IMG/VR virus record: IMGVR_UViG_3300012942_000076
Span: 1 to 41,384 of that record
Direction: 5' to 3' (one strand)
Source: a virus
Taxonomy: Duplodnaviria; Caudoviricetes
DNA length: 41,384 bases
The notes under the pieces: model-generated
Seen by the model: the letters and a program-made list of their open reading frames with translations, nothing else
Databases searched by the model: none
Told to the model about the DNA's origin: nothing
In this document: positions 24,110-33,094 of the stretch, in pieces
How positions within the stretch are numbered: the first letter of the stretch is position 1
Layout: every line of letters starts with the position of its first letter
Translations under genes and position numbers: made by a program

Positions 24110-24150
24110 TGACGCCTGTCATGTAAGATCGGCCCCGGCGCGCTGTTAAG
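24110..24150 (+). promoter_or_regulatory. Putative activator-dependent late promoter (PI-like)
   Basis: TGACGCCTGTCATGTAAGA-N12-CGCTGTTA; 17/19 identical to the 13172 element. Confidence 0.7.
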
Positions 24151-24177
24151 CAGGTTCCCGTCTTTTCGGGGGCCATC

Positions 24178-24420
24178 ATGGTCAGTCAGATCGTTCTTCT
24201 CCTGGTGCTTGCGGCGCTGTTGATCGGCGCGGCGCTCGCGACTTTCTATATCTGGGGCCACCGCGCCGGCCTGCTCCACGCGTTCGATCGCTTCGAGGAG
24301 CATTTCGATCTCGGCTTCTTCAATTCGGCGCTTTCCTCCATCGAGGGCGACGCCGCGCCGATGTCGTCCGCCCCGGCCGATCAGGCTTCGGCGGCGACCA
24401 CCCCGGGAAACGTCCAGTGA
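24178..24420 (+). CDS. Small membrane protein (80 aa)
   Basis: N-terminal TM helix; GTGA overlap with the protease start. Confidence 0.55.
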   Translation: MVSQIVLLLVLAALLIGAALATFYIWGHRAGLLHAFDRFEEHFDLGFFNSALSSIEGDAAPMSSAPADQASAATTPGNVQ

Positions 24421-25439
24421 ACGAGGCGATCGAGCTTCGCGCGGCGGCGGCGACCAGCGAGATCGCGCTGGATGGGGCCGAGCCGCCGAAACGCATTCAG
24501 CTTCTGCGCATCGGCGAGAATCCTCGGCGCGACGGCGGCAAACCCTACCTAGTCGCCGATCGCGCCCATGCCGAGGCGATCGTCGCCGCTTCCAACGCCT
24601 ACAACAAATCCACCCAGCCGATGATTGATTATGATCATCAGTCGGTGTTCGGCGCGAAAGACGGCGTCGGCGGCCGCGCGCCGGCGGCGGGCTGGATGCC
24701 CAAGCTGATCGTGACCGACGACGGAATCGACGCCGACGTCGAGTGGACACCGGCCGCCTCGGCCGCGCTCGCGGCGCGCGAGTATCGCTACATCAGCCCC
24801 TATTTCGGCCATCGCGCGGACGGCCGCGTCACCCGCATCTTCAATGCCGCGCTCACCAATCGGCCGGAGCTGGAGCTCCGCGCCGTCGCCTCGCAGGGCG
24901 ATCCAACCGGAGAAAGCACTTTGTCCAAGGAACTCGCTACCGCTCTCGGCCTGCCCGAGAGCGCGACCGACGCCGACGTACTGGCGGCGGTCAACGCGCT
25001 CGTCGGGGATCGCGCGGCGATCTGCTCGGCGCTCGGGCTCGAAGCCAAGGCGACGGCCGACGAGATCAGGACCGCAGCGTCGGCCGCCGGCAAGGTCGAT
25101 CCGACCAAGTTCGCGCCGATCGGCGAGCTGACCGCGCTGCGCCAGCGCCTCGACGCGATCGAAGAGGAGCGGGTCACCGCCAGCGTCGACGCGGCGATCG
25201 AGGCCGGCAAGATCGCGCCGGCCAGCCGTGAATGGGCGCTCGGCTACGCGAAGAAGGACGCGGCCGGCTTTGCCGCCTTCGTCGGCGCGCAGCCCGAGAT
25301 CGTCACGGAAGGGGCCGAGCAGCGCCGCGCGGCCGCGATCAAGGAGGGCAAGCTCACCGACGAGGAGCGCGCCGCCTGTTCGCAGCTCGGCATTTCCGAG
25401 GAAGCCTTCCTCGCCAGCCGTAAGGAGATGGGCCTGTGA
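24417..25439 (+). CDS. Mu gpI-like prohead protease
   Basis: IDYDHQS, APAAGW, VEWTP, REYRYISPYF, AALTNRPEL. Confidence 0.92.
   Translation: MNEAIELRAAAATSEIALDGAEPPKRIQLLRIGENPRRDGGKPYLVADRAHAEAIVAASNAYNKSTQPMIDYDHQSVFGAKDGVGGRAPAAGWMPKLIVTDDGIDADVEWTPAASAALAAREYRYISPYFGHRADGRVTRIFNAALTNRPELELRAVASQGDPTGESTLSKELATALGLPESATDADVLAAVNALVGDRAAICSALGLEAKATADEIRTAASAAGKVDPTKFAPIGELTALRQRLDAIEEERVTASVDAAIEAGKIAPASREWALGYAKKDAAGFAAFVGAQPEIVTEGAEQRRAAAIKEGKLTDEERAACSQLGISEEAFLASRKEMGL
24921..25439 (+). CDS. Putative scaffold (gpZ-like) from an internal in-frame start
   Basis: GGAG RBS followed by TTG at 24921, in frame (LSKELATALGL), as in the Mu I/Z arrangement. Confidence 0.65.
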   Translation: MSKELATALGLPESATDADVLAAVNALVGDRAAICSALGLEAKATADEIRTAASAAGKVDPTKFAPIGELTALRQRLDAIEEERVTASVDAAIEAGKIAPASREWALGYAKKDAAGFAAFVGAQPEIVTEGAEQRRAAAIKEGKLTDEERAACSQLGISEEAFLASRKEMGL

Positions 25440-25855
25440 CCGCTCTTTCCGCCGATCGCGCCACGCCCGAGCGTGACGGGAAATGCTTTTCCTTTCCGGT
25501 GAAGGCCGGGAAGAAGATCTTCACCGGCGCGCTGGTGGTGCTTGCCACCGGCTATGCCGAGCCGGGCGCGACCGCGCTCAACCTGCTCGCCGTCGGCCGC
25601 GCCGAGGAGCCGGTCGACAACAGCGGCGGCGCGGACGGCGACGTCAATGTCGAGGTTCGCGCCGGCTGCTTCCGCTACGCCAATTCGGCCGGGGCCGACC
25701 TGATAGCCGAGACCGATATCGGCGCCTCCGCCTATATCGTCGACGATCAGACTGTCGCCAAGACCGACGGCGGCGGCACGCGCAGCAAGGCCGGCACCAT
25801 CATCGACGTCGATCCGCAGGGCGTGTGGATCGGCCTCGGTCTCCTCCATCCGTAA
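25436..25855 (+). CDS. Capsid decoration/cement protein (DUF2190-like)
   Basis: FPVKAGKKIFTGALV...YIVDDQTV; lies between protease and capsid; AAGGAG RBS. Confidence 0.75.
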   Translation: MTALSADRATPERDGKCFSFPVKAGKKIFTGALVVLATGYAEPGATALNLLAVGRAEEPVDNSGGADGDVNVEVRAGCFRYANSAGADLIAETDIGASAYIVDDQTVAKTDGGGTRSKAGTIIDVDPQGVWIGLGLLHP

Positions 25856-25876
25856 GCGCCACAGGAAGGAAGCTCC

Positions 25877-26773
25877 ATGCGCGTCATCAATTCCGAAACG
25901 CTGCGGACGCTCGGTATCGCGTTCAATGCGGCCTATCAGGGCGGCCTCGGCCAGGCGCCCACCGACCACGATCGCATCGCTACGGCGGTGCCGTCGACCA
26001 CGTCGGCGAACGAATATGGCTGGCTCGGCCAGGTGCCCAACGTCCGCGAATGGATCGGGGATCGGCAGGTCCATGCGCTCGCGACCCACGGCTACACGAT
26101 CAAGAACAAGAATTTCGAGCTCACCATCGCAGTCAAGCGGACCGACATCGAGGACGATAATGTCGGCGTCTACACGCCGCTGTTCACCGAGATGGGCCGC
26201 TCGACCGGGGCCTTTCCCTGCCAGCAGGTCTATGAGCTGATCCAGGCGGGCTGGGATATGCCCTGCTATGACGGCCAGAACTTCTTCGACACCGATCACC
26301 CGGTTATCCAGGCGGACGGCTCGGTCGCGTCGGTCGCCAACACCGACGGCGGCGCGGGCTCGCCCTGGTTCCTGATCGACGACAGCCGGGCGCTCAAGCC
26401 GATCATCCGGCAGACCCGCAAGGCGTGGCAGTTCGTCGCCAAGGACAAGCCGACCGACGACAATGTCTTCGATCGCGCCGAGTTCAAATATGGCGTCGAC
26501 GGCCGCATGAACGTCGGTTTCGGTTTCTGGCAGTTCGCCTGGGGATCGAAGCAGGCGCTCGATGACGAGCATTATTCCGCCGCCCGCGCGGCTCTCGCCG
26601 GCTTCAAGGGCGATCACGGCCGGCCGCTCGGGCTCTCCGGCAAGCTGCTCGTCGTCGGCCCGTCAAACGAGAAGGCCGCCCGCGAGCTGATCAAGGCCGA
26701 GCGGAACGCCGCCGGCGCGACCAACGTGTGGGCCGGCTCCGCCGACCTGCTCGTCACCTCCTGGCTGGATTGA
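25877..26773 (+). CDS. Major capsid protein (Mu gpT-like)
   Basis: YGWLGQVPNVREWIGDR, CYDGQNFFDTDHPV, GFGFWQFAWGS. Confidence 0.95.
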   Translation: MRVINSETLRTLGIAFNAAYQGGLGQAPTDHDRIATAVPSTTSANEYGWLGQVPNVREWIGDRQVHALATHGYTIKNKNFELTIAVKRTDIEDDNVGVYTPLFTEMGRSTGAFPCQQVYELIQAGWDMPCYDGQNFFDTDHPVIQADGSVASVANTDGGAGSPWFLIDDSRALKPIIRQTRKAWQFVAKDKPTDDNVFDRAEFKYGVDGRMNVGFGFWQFAWGSKQALDDEHYSAARAALAGFKGDHGRPLGLSGKLLVVGPSNEKAARELIKAERNAAGATNVWAGSADLLVTSWLD

Positions 26774-26777
26774 TCCG

Positions 26778-27062
26778 ATGAGCGACACCGAAAACGAAAA
26801 TCCCGGCGAAACGGGCGAAACGCGCCTGCTCCGCCTCACGCCCAAGCGCGCGCCGTTCCGCCGCGCCGGCATCGCCTTCCCGAACCTCGCGCCGGTCGTG
26901 ATCGACTGCGCGAAGGAGGAGCTGACCGGCGACCAAGTCGTGATGCTCTGCGAAGAACCGATGATCGACGTCGACGCCTCGGCCGACGGCGGCGAGACCT
27001 GGCGGCGCTTCGAACCGCCCGAGGAGCTGGCGAGCAGGCCGAGCCGCCGCAAACGTAAATAG
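26778..27062 (+). CDS. HI1506/Mu gp35-like protein
   Basis: FRRAGIAF...LCEEPMI; follows the capsid gene. Confidence 0.65.
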   Translation: MSDTENENPGETGETRLLRLTPKRAPFRRAGIAFPNLAPVVIDCAKEELTGDQVVMLCEEPMIDVDASADGGETWRRFEPPEELASRPSRRKRK

Positions 27063-27076
27063 TCGCTGTGCTTTCC

Positions 27077-27101
27077 CGCCGGCTCCGGCCGGCGACCCTC
27101 T
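27077..27101 (+). terminator. GC hairpin after the capsid genes (weak terminator or mRNA stabiliser)
   Basis: CGCCGGC-TCCG-GCCGGCG; no strong U-tract. Confidence 0.35.
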
Positions 27102-27119
27102 TCGCCATCGGAGCCCGAC

Positions 27120-27545
27120 GTGCCCGTCGCCTACGCCACCCTCGCCGATCTTGAAGCGCGCTTCGAAGAGCGCGAGCTCGTCCAGCTCACCGATGACGCG
27201 AACACGGGCGCGATCGATCAGGCGCGCATAGACCAGGCGCTGGCCTCGGCGAGCGCGGTGGTCGAGGGCTATGTCGCGGCGACCTACAGCCTCGATCCCG
27301 ATCAGCCGGTCCCGCCGTTGCTGGTTGATTGCGCCTGCGACATCGCACGCTTCAAGCTCTACCGCTCGACGCCTCCGGAAGACGTGACGCTCCGCCAAGG
27401 CCAGGCGATCCGGTTTCTGGAGGCGATCCGCAAGGGCACGATGAAGCTCGATGCCGGCGTCGAGACGCTCGCGCCACGCGCCGGCAAGGTGCTTACCGAC
27501 GGCGGCTTCCGCCGCTTCGGCCGCGACCAGATGGAAGGCTGGTGA
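27120..27545 (+). CDS. Mu gp36-like head-tail connector (DUF1320)
   Basis: YATLADLEARFEERELVQLTD...ACDIARFKLY. Confidence 0.88.
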   Translation: MPVAYATLADLEARFEERELVQLTDDANTGAIDQARIDQALASASAVVEGYVAATYSLDPDQPVPPLLVDCACDIARFKLYRSTPPEDVTLRQGQAIRFLEAIRKGTMKLDAGVETLAPRAGKVLTDGGFRRFGRDQMEGW

Positions 27546-28039
27546 TGGCCGACGCGTTCACGATCCGCGTCGAAGGGCTGCGTCCGGTCGAGCGGCGGCT
27601 GGGCAGGCTGCTCGCGCGCTTCGGCGATCTCTTCCCGCTGATGGACCGGATCGGCGAGCTGCTCGAAAACACGACACGGCTGCGCTTCGAGACCGGCAGA
27701 TCGCCCGAGGGCGCGCCGTGGAAGCCGAGCATCCGCGCCGAGAAAGAGGGCGGAAAGACGCTGGTCAAGGATGGCCACCTGCGCGATTCGATCACGCATC
27801 GCGCCTCGGCCGACCGCGTCGAGATCGGCACCAATCTCATTTATGCGGCGATCCATCAGCTCGGCGGCACGATCCGGCCGGTGCGAGCGGACGCGCTCGT
27901 GTTCGAGCTGCCGGGCGGCCTCGGCCTCGTCCACGCCAAACAGGTGGTCATCCCGGCGCGGCCTTATCTTGGCGTCTCCACCTCCGATGAGGCGGCGATC
28001 GTCCGCCTGGTTGACCGCTATGAGGAGGCGGCGGCGTGA
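27545..28039 (+). CDS. Phage virion morphogenesis protein (Mu gpG-like)
   Basis: RFETGRSPEGAPWKP, IGTNLIYAAIHQLGG, IPARPYLGVS. Confidence 0.88.
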   Translation: MADAFTIRVEGLRPVERRLGRLLARFGDLFPLMDRIGELLENTTRLRFETGRSPEGAPWKPSIRAEKEGGKTLVKDGHLRDSITHRASADRVEIGTNLIYAAIHQLGGTIRPVRADALVFELPGGLGLVHAKQVVIPARPYLGVSTSDEAAIVRLVDRYEEAAA

Positions 28040-28212
28040 GGATTTACCTCCATCTGGCCGATCACGTCGTCAGCATGGCCTTCGAATGCGACGATGACGC
28101 GTCGGCCGAGCATCATTTCCAGCAGCTCGAAAAACAGCTTCAGAGCGGCCGCATCAGCTTTTCGGTCGGCGATATCGATGGTCGGCCGCCCGAACTGGAG
28201 ACGGTCCAGTGA
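28036..28212 (+). CDS. Hypothetical protein (58 aa)
   Basis: GAGGAGG RBS; GTGA overlaps at both ends; MRIYLHLADHVVSMAFEC...; not in the ORF track. Confidence 0.55.
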   Translation: MRIYLHLADHVVSMAFECDDDASAEHHFQQLEKQLQSGRISFSVGDIDGRPPELETVQ

Positions 28213-28871
28213 TCGCGGCGATCGAGAACGCGATCATCGCGCGGCTGAAGGCCGCCGGCGATGCCGGCGTGCTCGGCTATCAGTATCGCACGCTGGAAAG
28301 CTATCCGGCGGACTGGGACGCCTATCTCCGCGAGAAGGTGATCCGCGCGCCCGCCGCCTGGGCGGTGTTCGCCGGGATGCAGCGCGGCGAGACGGTCGGC
28401 TTCGGCGGCCTGCGTGCGGAGGCGCATTTCGGCCTCGTCGTCATGGCCGAGAATGCCCGCAATGAGACCGCGCAGCGCCACGGGGGTCCGTCCCTGGCCG
28501 AGCCTGGCAGCTACCAGCTCGCGATGGATGCGATCGCGCTCTTGCAGGGGCAGGATCTCGGGCTGCCGATCGACGCGATCGAGGTGCGCGGCTGTCATGT
28601 CGTGCGCACGATGGAGATCGTGAAGGACCGCAAGGTCGCGATGCTCGCGCTGGAGCTCGTCACCTCGATCAGCATTCAGGCGGCCTCAACGGGCCTGCCC
28701 GCCGACACCGCCGCGCCGGGCGCGCTCGGCGACTTCAAGACCTTCCACGCCGATTGGGACGTGCCGCCGTTCGGCGGCATCGATGCCGATCCGGCCGCCG
28801 AAGGCGTCCAGCTTCCCGACGACGCGCATGCCGACGCCGTCGACCATGTCAGCCTGGAGACCGACGCATGA
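28209..28871 (+). CDS. Mu gp37-like tail terminator (DUF1834)
   Basis: MIAAIENAIIARLK...PAAWAVFAG...GSYQL...LQGQDLGL. Confidence 0.85.
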   Translation: MIAAIENAIIARLKAAGDAGVLGYQYRTLESYPADWDAYLREKVIRAPAAWAVFAGMQRGETVGFGGLRAEAHFGLVVMAENARNETAQRHGGPSLAEPGSYQLAMDAIALLQGQDLGLPIDAIEVRGCHVVRTMEIVKDRKVAMLALELVTSISIQAASTGLPADTAAPGALGDFKTFHADWDVPPFGGIDADPAAEGVQLPDDAHADAVDHVSLETDA

Positions 28872-29053
28872 ACGATATCGACCAGCGCCGCCTCGCGCCC
28901 AAGCCGGGCGGCCGCGTCCGCAAACCGGACGGCTCGGTGCTCGCCGAGGCGGGCGAAACCGTCACGATCGACCGCTTCTGGCGGAGGCGCCTCGCGCATG
29001 GCGACGTGATCGAGGTCGAGCCCAAGGTCGGCAAAGCGAAGGGAGACGCCTGA
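28868..29053 (+). CDS. Mu gp38-like protein (DUF2635)
   Basis: PKPGGRVRKPDGSVL...FWRRRLAHGDV. Confidence 0.85.
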   Translation: MNDIDQRRLAPKPGGRVRKPDGSVLAEAGETVTIDRFWRRRLAHGDVIEVEPKVGKAKGDA

Positions 29054-30519
29054 TGTCCGTCAGCCTCAACAGTATTCCGATCGATATCCGGGTTCCGGGG
29101 CAATATCTGGAAATCGACGCGAGCAAGGCGGTTTCAGGCCTGCCGGCGGCGGCGCAGAAGATCCTCGTCATCGGCCAGCGGCTCGCCGCCGGAGCGGTGG
29201 CGGCGCTGGTTCCGACGCGGATGGTCTCGGCGGCGCAGGCGGCCCAGGCGTTCGGGCGCGGCTCGATGCTGGCGAGCATGATCGCGGCGCTCAAAGCGGT
29301 GAATGATCAGACCGAATGCTGGGCGATCGCCCTTGACGACGCTGCCGCCGGCGCCGCCGCGACCGGCACGCTGCCTTTCACCGGGACGGCGACGGCGGCC
29401 GGGACGCTGGCGCTGATGATCGACGGCGTGCCCGCGCCGGTCGCGGTCGCGATCGGCGACACGGCGGCCCAGGTGGCGACGAAGGTCGCGGCGGCTATCG
29501 CCGCTCTGCCCGACCTGCCGGTGACTGCGGCGGCGGCCGCCGGGACGGTGACATTAACGGCTCGCAACAAGGGCGTCGCCGGCAACAGCATCGATCTCCG
29601 CCTCGATTATTATCAGGGCGACGCGATTCCGGCCGGGCTCGGTTGCGTGCCGACCGCTATGAACGGCGGCACGGGCAATCCGGATCTCGGCGACGTCTGG
29701 GCGGTGCTCGGCGACGCGCAGTATCAGACGATCATTCTGCCCTACACCGACGCCGCCAATCTCGCCTCGGCGACGACCGAGCTCGATCGGCGCTGGGGGC
29801 CGATGGTCCAGAAGGAAGGCATGGCCTTCGCCGGTTTTCGCGGCTCGATGTCCGATGCGGCGGCGCTCGGCGCGACGCTCAACAGCGCGTGGCTTTCGAT
29901 CCTGCCGATGCTGGGCAGCCCGAGCTCGCCCTGGGCGATCGCGTCGGCGTTCGGCGGCACCATCGCCTATTACGGCGCGATCGATCCGGCGCGGCCGTTC
30001 CAGACGCTGCCGCTTACCGGAATCCTCGCGCCCTCGACAGCCGACCGCTTCACCCGCGACGAACACGAGCTCCTGCTTCACGATGGCATGTCGACCAGCA
30101 TGGTCGCCGATGGCGGCGCGGTGCTGATCGAGCGCGCGATCACAACCTTCCAGACCGACGCCTTCGGCCTGCCGAGCGTTGCCTTCCTCGACGTCAACAC
30201 GCCGCTGACCCTGGCTTATCTTCGCTTCGCCGTGCGGGCGCGGATCGCCGCCAAGTTCCCGCGCATGAAGCTCGCGGACGACAGCGCCGCCTTCGGACCC
30301 GGTCAGGCGATCGTGACGCCGAAGATCATCCGCGCCGAGTTGATCGCGCTGTTCGGCGAGCTCGAAGAGGCCGGGCTGGTCGAGGATATGGATCAGTTCA
30401 AGGCTGACCTGATCGTCGAGCGCGATGCGACCGACAAGGATCGGGTCAATGCGCTGATCCCGCCCAACATCGTCAACCAGTTCCGCGTCTTCGCCGGCGC
30501 GGTCCAGTTCCGGCTCTGA
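29053..30519 (+). CDS. Tail sheath protein (Mu gpL-like)
   Basis: IPIDIRVPGQYLEID, FGRGSML, DPARPFQTL, IERAITTFQ, FPRMKLADD. Confidence 0.95.
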   Translation: MSVSLNSIPIDIRVPGQYLEIDASKAVSGLPAAAQKILVIGQRLAAGAVAALVPTRMVSAAQAAQAFGRGSMLASMIAALKAVNDQTECWAIALDDAAAGAAATGTLPFTGTATAAGTLALMIDGVPAPVAVAIGDTAAQVATKVAAAIAALPDLPVTAAAAAGTVTLTARNKGVAGNSIDLRLDYYQGDAIPAGLGCVPTAMNGGTGNPDLGDVWAVLGDAQYQTIILPYTDAANLASATTELDRRWGPMVQKEGMAFAGFRGSMSDAAALGATLNSAWLSILPMLGSPSSPWAIASAFGGTIAYYGAIDPARPFQTLPLTGILAPSTADRFTRDEHELLLHDGMSTSMVADGGAVLIERAITTFQTDAFGLPSVAFLDVNTPLTLAYLRFAVRARIAAKFPRMKLADDSAAFGPGQAIVTPKIIRAELIALFGELEEAGLVEDMDQFKADLIVERDATDKDRVNALIPPNIVNQFRVFAGAVQFRL

Positions 30520-30556
30520 AAGGGGCCTTTAAGCGGCCTCTCAAGGGGAGTTTAAG
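30516..30556. repeat. Phased tract 4 in the sheath-tube intergenic gap
   Basis: CTGAAAGGGGCC TTTAAGCGGCCT CTCAAGGGGAG TTTAAG (11-12-bp period). Confidence 0.55.
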
Positions 30557-30925
30557 ATGGCAGGAAATCCCTACAAGGTTTGGGGCCAGACGCGGATCAC
30601 CGTCGACGGCCAGCTCCTCAATACGGAGGGCAAGGGCTCCCTCGAAGTCGGCGGCTCCCAGGCGTCGATGGTCGACGGCGATTTTCAGGCCGGCTTCTTC
30701 TCCGAGCAGGTCAAGCCCTCAAAAGTCGAATGCAGCGTGCTGATGACGGCCGGCGTCAGCCTCGTCTCGCTCCAGAGCATCCGCAACGCGACCGTCGTGC
30801 ATGAGTGCGACACAGGCCAGACATATGTGGTTCGCAACGCGGTCGTGGTCGACGCGGTCGCCGCCAGCGAAGGCAAGGCCAAGGTGACTCTCCAGGGGCC
30901 GCCGGCCGAGGAGGAGCTGGCATGA
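30557..30925 (+). CDS. Tail tube protein (Mu gpM-like)
   Basis: 122 aa directly after the sheath; ECDTGQTYVVRNA. Confidence 0.88.
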   Translation: MAGNPYKVWGQTRITVDGQLLNTEGKGSLEVGGSQASMVDGDFQAGFFSEQVKPSKVECSVLMTAGVSLVSLQSIRNATVVHECDTGQTYVVRNAVVVDAVAASEGKAKVTLQGPPAEEELA

Positions 30926-31233
30926 GCGACCAGACCAACCGCGTCACGCTGGCCGAGCCGATCGTCAAGCGCTTCCGTCAGGCCGACGGGACCGAGCGCG
31001 AGGAGAGCATCGCCGAGGTGACGGTGCGGAAGCCCGTCGCCGGCGATCTTCGGGTGCTCGATTCGGCGACCGGCGAAATCGGCAAGGCATTCGCGCTGGC
31101 GGCGCGGCTGACCGGCCTCGATGTCAAGGACGTCGACAAGCTCGCGATGGAGGATTTCGCTTCGATTTCGGCCATCATCGAGGGTTTTATGCCGCCTGGC
31201 CTGCAAATTGGGCAGACGTCCTCGGCGACCTAG
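30922..31233 (+). CDS. Tail assembly chaperone (gp41/gpE-like)
   Basis: EVTVRKPVAGDLR...VDKLAMEDF. Confidence 0.85.
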   Translation: MSDQTNRVTLAEPIVKRFRQADGTEREESIAEVTVRKPVAGDLRVLDSATGEIGKAFALAARLTGLDVKDVDKLAMEDFASISAIIEGFMPPGLQIGQTSSAT

Positions 31234-31340
31234 CCGGCGCATTTCATTGGCCGCCCGTAACCCTGTGGGCGCTCGACGCGGACGATCTTTCCTTCTGGGC
31301 CGGCCAGGCGGAGCGCCAGGCTGAACGGATGACTTTGTGA
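31182..31340 (+). other. Programmed -1 frameshift site G GGT TTT and gpE'-like chaperone extension
   Basis: Heptamer at 31182-31188; -1 frame YAAWPANWADVLGDLAGAFHWPPVTLWALDADDLSFW resembles the P2 gpE' motif. Confidence 0.85.
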
Positions 31341-33094
31341 TGATGAAGGTCTCGCTCCTACTCCAGGCCGTGAACCGGGTGACCAGGCCGATCAACGAGG
31401 CGGTCCGCTCGATCGAGCGGCTGGGCGCGGTCGCGGCGGCGGTCTCGCGGCGCGTCGGCGGGGCGATGATGAGCATGTATGACCGCACCCGCGACGCCGC
31501 CTACCATTTCCGCAAGCTCGCCGGCGAGGACGGCATGGCGCGCGCGTCGCGATCGGCGGCCTATCTTAAGCGGCAGGTTTCCGGGCTGACGACCGGTCTC
31601 TCGATCCTGAAATATGCGACTGTCGCCGGCGCGATCGGGTTGACCGGCGAGTTCGTGCGTGGCGTCTTCCAGGCAGGCGGCGAGATGCAGCGCATGCAGG
31701 TGACGCTGACCCGCCTCGAAGGCAGCGCCACCAAGGCGCGCGCCGCGATGAGTTGGATCCAGAGCTTCGCGATGGGCGCGGGCGCGAACTTCGCGATGCC
31801 GGACATTCTGCGAGCCTATCAGATGGCCCAGAATTTCGGCATGCATCCGCAAGGCGGATCGCTCGCCGCCTTCGCCGATCTCGCCGCCGGCGAACGCGTG
31901 CCGCTCCGGCAAGTGCTCTATGCGGTGAAGGACGCGATGGAGGGCACGTCGGTCCGGCCGCTCGCGAACCTCGGCATCAAGATGCGGCAGGACCGGCATC
32001 CCGGCGGCCAGAACCATTATCTTTACGCCGATGCGTCCGGCCATTTCATACGCATGACCTCGGCGCGGACGCCCGAAGCCACGCTCGCGGCGGTCGTGAA
32101 GATCATCGAGAGCAAATATATGGGCCTCGCCACCGCCCAGGCGAAGACGCTGCCGGGCGGCCTCGAGCAGCTCCGCAAGCTGCTTTACCTTTTCGAGATG
32201 AAGGTCGCGACCAGCGGCGTGTTCGATTGGGCGCTCCAGCAGCTCAACCGCTTCTTCGCCTGGGTGCGAAAGGCCTCGGCCGACGGATCGCTCGATCGGC
32301 TCGCCAAGCGCATCTCCGATTTCATGGTGAGCGTCGGCAACAAGCTGATCGCCTTCGTGCGCGGCACAGACTGGAGCGCCGTCGCGACCGATTTGAAGGC
32401 GTTCGGCTCGGCGATCGCGGCGGTGGCCGGCGCGATCGGGCTGCTCGCCAAGATCGGCGGCGGCGGTCTTTCCGGTCTGCTCAACCTGTTCGTCGCGAGC
32501 AAGATCATCGGGATTACGACGGCGCTGGCCGGGTTCGCCGAGGTGATCGGAGCCGTGACGGCGATGCTGGTCGGGGTCGAAATCGCCGCGGCGCCGATCG
32601 AAGCGACCATCATTATCATCGGGCTGCTCGCCGGGGCCGCGTATCTGCTCTGGGCGAATTGGGACGGCATCAGCAAATGGTGGCATCGTCTGTGGACCGG
32701 CATGCCGGCCTGGCTGAAGACGGCTGTCTCTGGCGTGGTGGCAGTGCTCTCGCCGCTCGTTTCCTTTCCGATCCAGATCATCGAGAATTGGTCGCGGATA
32801 ACCGGCTTTTTCAAGCGGCTGTGGAACTCTCTGCCGAAGCCCCCTCGTTGGCTGACGATCGTCGGTGGGGTCATTACGGGCAATTCCGCCATCGTCGGTT
32901 CGGCGATTGGAGCCCCTCGGCCGGGGCCGCCACGCCAGCCATCGCGATCGCCGCAACCGGCGCACCCGCCGGCGCGCGGCAAGCTCACCATCGAGCTCAC
33001 CGGCGACAAGGCGTCCGCCGGGCAGGTTCGCCATCTCCGCGCCACCGGCATGGATCTGGAGGTGAGGCGCGGTCTTGTCGGAGCGGGCGGCTGA
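31337..33094 (+). CDS. Tape measure protein
   Basis: Long Ala/Gly-rich helical protein with LWANWDGI and IIENWSRI repeats; follows the chaperone. Confidence 0.88.
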   Translation: MMMKVSLLLQAVNRVTRPINEAVRSIERLGAVAAAVSRRVGGAMMSMYDRTRDAAYHFRKLAGEDGMARASRSAAYLKRQVSGLTTGLSILKYATVAGAIGLTGEFVRGVFQAGGEMQRMQVTLTRLEGSATKARAAMSWIQSFAMGAGANFAMPDILRAYQMAQNFGMHPQGGSLAAFADLAAGERVPLRQVLYAVKDAMEGTSVRPLANLGIKMRQDRHPGGQNHYLYADASGHFIRMTSARTPEATLAAVVKIIESKYMGLATAQAKTLPGGLEQLRKLLYLFEMKVATSGVFDWALQQLNRFFAWVRKASADGSLDRLAKRISDFMVSVGNKLIAFVRGTDWSAVATDLKAFGSAIAAVAGAIGLLAKIGGGGLSGLLNLFVASKIIGITTALAGFAEVIGAVTAMLVGVEIAAAPIEATIIIIGLLAGAAYLLWANWDGISKWWHRLWTGMPAWLKTAVSGVVAVLSPLVSFPIQIIENWSRITGFFKRLWNSLPKPPRWLTIVGGVITGNSAIVGSAIGAPRPGPPRQPSRSPQPAHPPARGKLTIELTGDKASAGQVRHLRATGMDLEVRRGLVGAGG

